DNA of 64,000 nt from Octopus sinensis (Eukaryota), in NCBI RefSeq assembly GCF_006345805.1, contig NC_043021.1, positions 21,142,001-21,206,000 on the forward strand. The letters run 5' to 3'. A model generated the notes under the pieces. It was given only the letters and a program-made list of their open reading frames with translations, was not told the DNA's origin and made no database searches. The translations under genes and the position numbers were made by a program. Shown one piece after another: positions 54,531 to 64,000 of this stretch (position 1 is its first letter; every line of letters starts with the position of its first letter).

Positions 54531-55452
54531 AAAAAAATGTCCACAAGTGTTAGACATGTAGAATTCAAAAAAGTGCCGAAGGCACTTTTGGAAAAAATCT
54601 TGTGGGGGACAAGGCATTATGCATATGTTAGAAATCATTATTAAAGTGGTGTTTTGAATAGAATTTAATCAAAGATTTTCGAGTATAAATTATGAAAGAT
54701 GAAAGGTTTTAATTTACATAGGAACAATTCATAATTGGTAGTTTTGTAATCATTAAACCGGAGGTGGTCTTATGTGGATTGGCATCAAGAAAGTCAAATG
54801 CTTTAGTCTTTAGAGTTGTTATTCAGACCATATTTAGAATCTAGTTTATTTCATTTCAATGTATATGAAAAGTCATCAAGAAATAGACAGGTTTTTTTTT
54901 TGGTTTTTTAGTTTTAATTTGTTTTTTTTATTTATTTCTGTTCATTTGTTTCCAGTTTTAAAAAATTTCTTTCATTTCTTCATTCTTCCTATAACTCATT
55001 TTTCATTGTTTATTCTCTCTTTTTGTTCTTTCTTACATATATATGAGTGTATGTATAAACAATATATATAAAAGTAGGTATCACTATAAATTTTTGAAAG
55101 TTATTACAAGGTAATTTCTGCTGTACTTTTTCTTGGAGAACATCCAAAAAGAAACATTTGGATACCCCGTTTATGAAATTTAGATGAATGTTTTAGGAAA
55201 TATGACAATTTGAATGATCAATGAAATTGTTGAAATTTTACCTAATTTGTGTAAATGAATAAGTAGCTATGTATTATATATTATCAGGCGGGGTGCCACA
55301 ATTAACACATTAACTGAAAAAAACCCCACAAAATATTCTCCAATTCTTTGCCTGTCCATAAACAATTAAGATTGCAGCAGGTATTAATGATATTCTAACT
55401 GAAAATTCATCAGGTGTTGTCCATTTGTTGTCCCTTGCAACTGAGGATATTA

Positions 55453-55608
55453 CTCCTTACTCCTTTACTCCTTTATTTGTTTCAGTCATTTGACTGCGGC
55501 CATGCTGGAGCACCGCCTTTAGTCGAGCAAATCGACCCTGGTACTTATTCTTTGTAAGCCCAGTACTTATTCTATCGGTCTCTTTTTGCCGAACCGCTAA
55601 GTGACGGG
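55453..55608 (-). mobile_element. SINE family A, 5'-truncated tail fragment
   Basis: Tail only. Confidence 0.88.
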
Positions 55609-55921
55609 ATTTATTGTTCATAAATTGAAAAATTTCAGTTCAACTTTTAAATCTGTGAACCCATCAGCTGTTGTTGGATTTGTCACCATTCCCACTGCCA
55701 ACTTATATCACATTGACTTTTATCAAATCTGGTGTCCTCAAAACAGTTGAACTTGAACAGCAAAGATTAAAAAGTGTATTATATGACTTAAATGAAATCA
55801 TATGAAACTTAAATTCTACATTTGGGTTCATGGACAGTTTCCTGGCACCAATGAATTGCTAAAGACCATAAAAAAATGAGTAGGAAAGGTGCATCATATA
55901 TCACATAAGATATATGTTTAA

Positions 55922-56140
55922 CCCTTTAGTATTTAAACCGGCCATATCTGGCCAAAATATTTCATCTGTTTTATGTTCAAACTGACCAGATCCAGGCTCT
56001 CACACCTACCCTACAATGTTATTCTACATTAGGTAATTACACCATCAAGATCTTGAACATATGAGATAATGCATGATTAATTCAAATCAATGTGAATCAA
56101 TAAGCATTATGTTTGATAGAATAATCAGAACACTAAAGGG
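55922..56140. mobile_element. TTAA MITE (piggyBac-like ends)
   Basis: TTAA|CCCTTTAG..CTAAAGGG|TTAA; reverse orientation to 24998-25219. Confidence 0.9.
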
Positions 56141-58963
56141 TTAACAAGTTATGTGATGGGCATCATGTCACTTCTGACACCACTATAATGCAGCTTTGTT
56201 GCAATTTTCTTGTTTACAGTTATTTTGATATAAATCTTGATGGTGGTTGGCTAGATAATCGTTACGGAAAAGTGAAAATCAGCATTTGTGAAAATGTTAA
56301 CATTACAACAAAAAATATCTGACTGTATTCAAAATCAGGGAAAAGACATATTTAAAAAAAATTACATAGGTCTTTCATGGCCTACAAAATAATTCATTGG
56401 ACAATATGATTTTTATTGATGAATATAAACCAATATTTCTCTAATACTGTGGCTGTCTCCAATTTATGGTGTTCTATAGTGATACCTAATAAAAGCAATA
56501 CATTGCTGTATATTTGGATCAAAATTCAGCCTTGGTAAATAGTTTCAGGCTGTAGCCACTTATTGAATTAATAAAAGATATAAAAGATAAATAATTTAAT
56601 TTCATATATTTTTTACTTTTTTTCAATACCCCACCCCACCCCTCCATCTTTTATCTGTCTTGAGTTTGTTTCTATCTTCAAGCAGTGCATTTAACACCTT
56701 CAAAAGGCATTTAACTCTGTTTGCCCAAGGCTTTATGTTTAATAGAGAAAAATTGTTAATTAAAATTTTAATTGTGGTAGTGATGACTATAGTGGTGTTA
56801 TTAAATTTTTTGAAAATTCTTTGAGATTTTATGTCAAGACAAACTCACAATACTCTAGTGATTTTACCATGGATTCCAGTACAGTGGATTTCACTTAGTT
56901 TCATTAAAGATCATATCTTTCATGTCATCGTTCAACCCCAAGACAGTGCTGATCAAGCAAGCTTATGATCAGAAGCATTTTAACCATCACCATCCTGTAA
57001 TTTTATTTCAGGACTAAGTTATTTAATGTATCCTCATTTGTATTAATAAATTCTCTTTCTGAGGTAATTTTTGTTTCATTTAATGTTAAGATAGTGGGGG
57101 GGGGGGTTGTCTACAAAATATGTGTATGGTTCCTTTGATTTTCGGAAAATTGTATAATGGGTTCCACATCAAAATAAATTTTGGAATCAGTGCTAACTAT
57201 CTATAAATATTTTGTAGATAAAAATAAAGACAAGACACTGCTAACACAAAAGTCAGACACAATACTGACTTGTAAAACTTTATTACACTTGTTGATATAT
57301 CATGGTTGCAACATGAAATATTGGGTCCTTGTTAGCTATTAACGTTTAAGTCCTAACATTATCACACTCAATAAGAAGCTTCACATTGATAACTCAATCT
57401 GCTAAAGATGGCCAAATTTTCCTCAAATAGCATTCTGAAAGTAAAAAAGGACACATTTTGGTAATGTAGTTCTGGATAGATAATTTAAATTTTGGCACAA
57501 GGTTAGCAGTTTTTTAGGGGCTGAGGCAAGTCGATTATATCAACCCCGATACTTGGCTGGTATTATATTTTATTGACTGCAACAGGATGAACAGTAAAGT
57601 TGATCTTGGTGGCATCTGAACTCAGAATGTCAAGCCAGAAGAAATGTTGCTAAGTGTTTTGTCTGACACAATAACAATTCTACCAGCTTACTGTCTTAGT
57701 CCTGGATATATAGATAAGATGGATGATCACGGCTATGATGTCTTTGAATATAGACAAACTTAATCATAACTGAATAACAACAATAATGGTATTTCCAGAG
57801 AAAAAAAAGTAAAATTATTTGAAAATTTCCATCAAAAATAAATAGACTAAAAGGCCAAGGCAAAATACAAAACAATCAACAATCACTAAAACATTCAGAT
57901 TCCATGACCCGGAGGGAGCTTTGATGTGGCTTTTAAGATGTCTGAGTATCAACATTTTGATTTTAACTTCATCTTTTAATCTATTTGATGGTTACAACCT
58001 CACTTAAATGTTCTTTTATGGATTGATGTTGTTTGCTCAGAGACACAGACAGCGAACAAAAGTTTATTTTAATGCTGTGTTTTACGGACATAATGGTTTC
58101 ATTACTTAGACTAAACATTCCTGTTTATAGCTGTTAAGTGATGTCACACACCGTTCAGAGGTGGCGAGTTGTCGTCATCATCATCGAACGTATGGGTTGG
58201 ACTGTTTGACAGGATCCAACAAGTCACAAGACTCTATTAAGAACCAATGTCATCTTTTACATAGTTTCTATGGCTAGATACCCTTCCTCATGCCAACCAC
58301 TTTTTAGAGTCTGCTGGTTGCATTTTCACTGCTACCAACTCCAGTGTTGTCACCAACTAACTTGCAAGACAAAAAGAAAAAGCTCTTTCGACTGAGTGTG
58401 GTGGTGGTGGTGGATGTATATGAGTGATGGGGAAGTGGCTTTATGCCAGGTTTTCGAATGTTCGAGTATGATAGAGGGATGAGTACAGGTTGTCTCACGA
58501 TAGAGGAGAAACATGGCTACTCAGCATTTAGGGTGGTTGTGTGTAACCGGAAAGAAGATAGAGATTGTGGTACCGAACCGAGGTGCCAGAGTGAATGCTC
58601 AAGGTACAAGTGAGCACAAGAGAGAACCCAGAGAGTGGATCAAGGGGAAGAGAGTGTGGGGAGTGAGTTACAGCTAGCCAGAAATGGGGATGGAAGAGAA
58701 TGTAGTGAGTGAAAATATGATTGATGAGAAATATTGATCTGGAGAGAGAAGATAAGATGAGAAGGACAGAAGTGGCTCAGGAAGGAGGATATATCAGAAA
58801 GTAGAGGGATGATGAGCAAGGTGATGTACAGTGGCAGAGATGGAGGTCAGAAGTACACAAGGGTTTTCTGTAATAAATGGGGTGACTGTGGTGGAAGGTG
58901 GCATCAATGGCAGATATGAGAGAGTTTAGTTAATGAAAGCAGATATGAGGAGTGTTAAAGATA

Positions 58964-59130
58964 AGGTGGCAAGCTGGTAGAATTGTTAGTATGTTGGGTG
59001 AAATGCTTAGTGGCATTTCGTCCATTTTTATGTTCTGAGTTCAAATTCTGCTGAGGCCGACTTAGCATTTCATTCTTTTGGGGTTGATAAAATAAGTACC
59101 AGTAGAATACTGGAGTTGATGTAATTGAAC
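58964..59130 (+). mobile_element. SINE family D, diverged copy
   Basis: GGTGGCAAGCTGGTAGAA..GAGTTCAAATTC..AAGTACCAG. Confidence 0.75.
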
Positions 59131-60097
59131 TTAACTACTCTGCTGAGCCATGTTGAACCAGAGTGACAGAATAAGCTCATCAAACCAGTATCATCTCAAG
59201 CTCAAATTCATGGCCTCCACATCAGACTATGGTTGGTGAAGAAGAAAACATGCTGAGGCCTCGTTTTGCAGTAAACTGAACATGGGCAACCCAATCCAAA
59301 GAAGATGAGGTATGCCAGGTCTAAGATGTAGCTCAGAAGAGAGGGAAATATAATTGAAGGTGCAGAAAAGGGATGATTGGTGAAGAATTCTGTGCGTAGG
59401 AATGAGAGTGAGGAATGGATATTAATAGAAAGTGGTTCCAATGTGAGATGATAGTGTTACTTAACCCGAGGTCTTCTCTGATTGAGCAAACTTATGTTCA
59501 AAGGTATTCTGTGTCTTCCCTGGACAGGGTTTCCCAACGTCTCAGGCAGCCGGGGGTATTTGTCTCCCCTTCGTAAATGTATATAAGGACACAGGAAAAA
59601 TGTGTCAAAGCCATCAGGAGGCGTCGATGCTTCCTAGGGCTAAACAGCGGTGGTGAACCCCCCTACTGTCACGTTCATGTTAGATTGATAGTATACAACC
59701 CTTCTATCGTCCCACCACCGTACATGTCTCTATGAGAGATTTAGAAATTTAGTATTTCTGATTTATATAACTGTCACGTATCAATAACTAGTAATTATCA
59801 TTGTCTTAACATGTTGACTGTTTATAAATTAGCTGCTAAAAAGATATTTATGCATTTGTTGCTTTAATTCCACGTTAGTTCTAATTAGACTAACCATTAA
59901 CTGAAAAACGTCCCAGTTAGGACCAGCCTGATTTATTTCCATGCACAGAGGACAACATTATTTACTGCATCCTTTTTGTTTTTTTTTTAAGATAATAAGG
60001 TTGAGATTGAAGTGGTATTTAACTTCAGTTTCTGGCAGGACAAGTAACTATGTAGAGAAACCCTCATTGTGTTGTGTTTGTAAATTAGTGTGACTGG

Positions 60098-60441
60098 GCC
60101 CGATGCCAGTGCTGCCTCGACTGGCTTCTGTGCCGGTGGCACATAAAAAGCACCATCCGAACGTGGCCGATGCCAGCGCTGCCTTGGCTGGCTTCCGTGC
60201 CGGTGGCACGTTAAAAGCACCAACCGATCGTGGCTGATGCCGGACTCCCCTGGCACCTGTGCCGGTGGCACGTAAAAAGCACCCACTACACTCACAGAGT
60301 GGTTGGCGTTAGGAAGGGCATCCAGCTGTAGAAACACTGCCAGATCAGACTGGAGCCTGGTGCAGCCCCTGGCTTCCCAGACCCTGGTCGAACCGTCCAA
60401 CCTGTGCTAGCGCGGAAAACGGACATTAAACGATGATGATG
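60098..60441 (+). mobile_element. Family C (RTE 3'-UTR-type) element with three internal GCCGGTGGCAC...AAAAGCACC subrepeats
   Basis: Ends AAACGATGATGATG; probable TSD tgtg(a/g)ctggg. Confidence 0.85.
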
Positions 60442-60681
60442 TGGCTGGGGGCACTTGCTCTGCTTCTAAATTGTATGCCCCGTTGAATGTGTGCTTCTTC
60501 TCTTATATCATTAACTGCTTATCACTTTAAACCAGAGATTAAATGATTTAATTTTTCCTGTTGTGTAGTATTTAGTGAATGTTGCGCTCGATCTGATATG
60601 AAACCAGCTAATCATGTTTAGAATGTGTCTTGAAAGAAACTTGTGTTTGAATCAGCATTGAAACATCAAAAGTTCAAACAT

Positions 60682-60800
60682 CGGGTTCAGTCCCACTGCG
60701 TGGCATCTTGGGCAAGTGTCTTCTGCTATAGCCCCGGGCCGACCAATGCCTTGTGAGTGGATTTGGTAGACGGAAACTGAAAGAAGCCTGTCGTATATAT

Positions 60801-60832
<32 letters not shown>

Positions 60833-61033
60833 CTGTATGTGTTTGTCCCCCTAGCATTGCTTGACAATCGATGCTGGTGTGTTTACGTCCCCGTCACTTA
60901 GCGGTTCGGCAAAAGAGACCGATAGAATAAGTACTGGGCTTACAAAGAATAAGTCCCAGGGTCGATTTGCTCGACTAAAGGTGGTGCTCCAGCATGGCCG
61001 CAGTCAAATGACTGAAACAAGTAAAAGAGAGTA
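60682..61033 (+). mobile_element. SINE family A, 5'-truncated
   Basis: Starts at the B box. Confidence 0.9.
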
Positions 61034-61299
61034 AATGTTTCTTCTGTAATAAAAGAGCCAGTAGATGTAGTGTGTTAGTGAATGAGTCAGTCTTTGACAA
61101 TCAATCTAATAGTTTTTCTCACTACATAGTCTAGTATGTTTATGTGTGTGTGTGTGTGTGGTAGCAGCAATGTTTTAGTTACTAAACCCCCTTCTCTTTC
61201 TTGGTTTAATGAGGATGAGAAGATGCTTTCAATAAGATCAACACCAGTGCTTGGCTGATATTTTATTCACCCTGCCAATTTTGTGTGGCTAGCCACATT

Positions 61300-61530
61300 C
61301 TCCATTCAGCTGATCAATGGTACTTGAAAACAGCCATGACTTGGGGACCACCTGTCGGAGAGTGTAAAAGGGATAGGCTGAAAATCACATGGTGGCAGGC
61401 ATTTCTTGATAACTGACCCGAAGACAGTCAACATTATGTAGCATGAAGGAGCAAAAGTAGCAGCTGACCAAAACCAGGGGAAGAAGCTTGCCATCCAATG
61501 TGCTGAGTAGCATAAGAAGCTTAAGCTAAA
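61300..61530 (+). mobile_element. RTE LINE C-terminal remnant
   Basis: KTAMTWGPPVGECKRDRLKITWWQAF..VAADQNQGKKLAIQCAE resembles RTE W.P.G.RKRGRPK.TW..DR..W. Confidence 0.65.
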
Positions 61531-61597
61531 AAGAAAAAAGGCCAGAAATGTGAAAGTATATTCAACCAGAAGTGTACATGTGAGTAACAGCAACAGT

Positions 61598-61793
61598 GTG
61601 GAGGCACAGTGGCCCAGTGGTTAGGGCAGTGGACTCACGGTTGTAAGAACGCAGTTTCGATTCCCAGACCGGGCATTGTGAGTGTTTATTAAGCAAAACA
61701 CCTAAGCTCCACAAGGCTCCGGTGGGGTGGGGGTGGTGAACCTCACTGTACCCTTTCACCACAACTTTCTCTGACTCTTTCTTCCTATTTCTG
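61598..61793 (+). mobile_element. SINE family B, 3'-truncated diverged copy
   Basis: Head matches 1819-2010. Confidence 0.85.
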
Positions 61794-62596
61794 CCACAAA
61801 GCAGAGGAACCATGGTGTGGCCCACTATGGTGTGGTAAACTTTCAGACCCTAGTCTAGATTGCGAATCCTCTGTACCCCAGGATGGTTCAGCTCTCCACC
61901 CATTAAAAGCCATCGTTTATGGAGTGTGGATAACAATGTAACTTTTTGTGCCCGTGCAACTGCCAGTCTATCGCATGTGGTGGGTGGATCTTCAAGTTGC
62001 CGCACACATTCTTAGTAGCTTAGCGTAGGCTCGAATTAGAGATTATTCTTTGTGGCTAATGGCATGAGTCCTGATTAGAAGAAGACAGCAACAGTGGTCC
62101 CAGATAACTGAGCAATACTTCCATATGAGTCACATGAGTATTTTATTCAAGATTGGCAATTGATCAGAGTGGAAATATATTTTGGTCCAGAAAACTCTAT
62201 TGACATTATCCCATCACCTCTTCATAACATTAATGCATGAAGGTGCTGCTGTGCTACATATTTGGCATAGCTTCTGAAGCTGGGTGTTTTTCCTAACACC
62301 AACCACTTATCATGAGTGGACTGGGAACATTGTATCATAGCACCGGTACTAAAGAGCTTGTCTTCTCAGTCATACATTGTTTCTATTCATTCACCAAACA
62401 CTTGGCAGTGTACACTACCTTTTGTCATGATAACGGCGCAATCAATTACATCAGTTCCACTACTGGTCTGGTATTTTATTTTATTGAACACATAAAGAAG
62501 AGAGACATAGTCAACCCTGCTTGGATTTGAACCTAGACTTTAGATAGATAATAGTAAATATTGCATGCCATTTGTATGGCATTTTAGCAGTTTCAA

Positions 62597-62975
62597 GAGT
62601 GGGTGTGTGGTAAGTAGCTTGCTAACCAGCCACATGGTTCCGGGTTCAGTCCCACTGCGTGGCATCTTGGGCAAGTGTCTTCTGCTATTGTCTCGGGCCG
62701 ACCAATGCCTTGTGAGTGAATTTGGTAGACGGAAACTGAAAGAAGCCTGTCGTATATATGCATGTGTGTGTGTTTGTGTGTCTGTGTTTGTCCCCCTCGC
62801 ATTGCTTGACAACCGATGCTGGTGTGTTTACGTCCCTGTCACTTAGCGGTTCGGCAAAAGAGACCGATAGAATAAGTACTGGGCTTACAAAGAATAAGTC
62901 CCAAGGTCGATTTGATCGACTAAAGGCGGTGCTCCAGCATGGCCGCAGTCAAATGACTGAAACAAGTAAAAGAGT
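62597..62975 (+). mobile_element. SINE family A copy
   Basis: Near full length. Confidence 0.9.
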
Positions 62976-63293
62976 AATACTTTTGATTATGAGCTGTCTT
63001 GTTTATGCAACAACATCTTCTTGCTCCTTCATTCCATAAAATGTCGACTGTGTTCAGGTCATCAGGAAATTCCTGCCACCGAGATCGTGAGATCATGGTT
63101 TCAATTCCTAGACAGGGTGATGTATTGTGTTCTTAAGCAAAACATTTCATCTCACATTGCTTTGCGATCACTTCGACACCTGATGTGTGGCACACAATGC
63201 ACCCACTCAGGCACACACATTTGATCACTGTAAACAATTCATTTGTGCAGGTCATTCGGCAAATGCTCATATGTCATCTTTGAAAGGAGAGTT

Positions 63294-63335
<42 letters not shown>

Positions 63336-63338
<3 letters not shown>

Positions 63339-63837
63339 ATCAATATAGGGTGGCAAAAAATTTTGTAGAATTTTTTTGCCACCAGCGGCCTAGTGGGAAA
63401 AAATTAAATAGTCATAGACCATTTTTAAGTTCAACATCAACAATCAAGGAACGGCCATAATAGGCCATTCACCCACTAGAAATAACAGCCAAAGCTTCAA
63501 CCGCAAATAAAAATCAATTCCGTAAACCAGGAGAAAATCTTCCATAGGCCCTCAGATTCTTCAGTAAGAAATAGCCTATTTCTTAGGCTATTTCTTACTG
63601 AAGGCTATTTCTTACTGAAGAATCTGAGGGCCTATGGAAGATTGGCTTGATTTAATTTAATCAGGTTAGTTTACCATTAAACAGCAGATGAAACGGTGCA
63701 TCGTATAAGAAATTACAGGGTAAATGTTTTTTAAATTTTCTCCTGGTTTACGGAATTGATTTTTATTTGCGGTTGAAGCTTTGGCTGTTATTTCTAGTGG
63801 GTGAATGGCCTATTATGGCCGTTCCTTGATTGTTGAT
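63336..63837. mobile_element. (TA)n-flanked fold-back element carrying a hammerhead ribozyme; probable Penelope-like pseudo-LTR insertion
   Basis: Inverted arms 63436-63538/63735-63837 and 63536-63577/63602-63643. Confidence 0.7.
63607..63713 (+). ncRNA. Type-I hammerhead ribozyme with intact core and long stem II
   Basis: Stem I AUUUCUUA/UAAGAAAU; CUGAAGA (63615-63621); stem II AUCUG/CAGAU; GAAA (63690-63693); stem III CGG-ugca-UCG; predicted cleavage after GUA at 63705. Confidence 0.85.
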
Positions 63838-63857
63838 ATATATATATATATATATAT

Positions 63858-64000
63858 GAAGCACGGCCTTTGAACATTAGGCCTCACCAAGGCAATGACT
63901 AGTGATCGAGACCTTTGGAAATATGCTGTGCTTGAGAAGACCTGGCAAGCCAAGTGGGACCATAACCTGTGGCCTATGCCAGGGGTGCAACTAGCCCACT
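63858..64000 (+). mobile_element. RTE LINE extreme C-terminus running into a family C-type 3' UTR
   Basis: KHGL*TLGLTKAMTSDRDLWKYAVLEKTWQAK contains the DRxxW C-terminal RTE motif. Confidence 0.8.

Larger units (their letters stand above)
55160..56200 (+). pseudogene. Decayed SGNH/GDSL-hydrolase-like ORF, probably TE-borne
   Basis: Colinear blocks YIIRRGATI, IKIAAGINDIL, VVGFVTIP, EQQRLKSVLYDLNEII, TVSWH and YMFNKLCDGHH after removing a SINE and a MITE. Confidence 0.55.

Noticed and set aside
59605-59625. HDV-like P3/L3 motif GCC-UCCUGAU-GGC on the minus strand
   Set aside because: No P1, P1.1 or P2 partners could be found.

Overview
AT-rich, microsatellite-dense animal genomic DNA made almost entirely of nested transposable-element debris. 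The tRNA-derived SINE families and RTE/CR1/Penelope/mariner content resemble an Octopus (cephalopod) genome; this is recognition from memory, not a database result. I found no host protein-coding exon, so the window is probably intergenic or part of a large intron, and nearly all ORFs in the track are SINE or microsatellite artefacts. Recognisable parts are: (i) a 5'-truncated, frameshifted Penelope-like element (RT + Cys linker + GIY-YIG) and a second copy of its 3' end that runs into an N gap; (ii) a decayed mariner transposase split by a TTAA MITE; (iii) RTE, CR1 and probable L1/Tx1 remnants; (iv) four tRNA-SINE families, several with clean target-site duplications (TSDs); (v) hAT, piggyBac-like, mariner and Tigger-like MITEs plus Helitron/Helentron-type elements. 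The main hidden signal is five type-I hammerhead-ribozyme motifs from four unrelated sequence contexts (26047-26088 and 34258-34300, 29894-29971, 49322-49382, 63607-63713). They include a U3-A8 compensatory core variant in the Penelope 3' region and long-stem-II forms, and most lie in elements abutting (TA)n tracts. A decayed SGNH-hydrolase-like ORF (about 55160-56200) also becomes visible once two insertions are removed.
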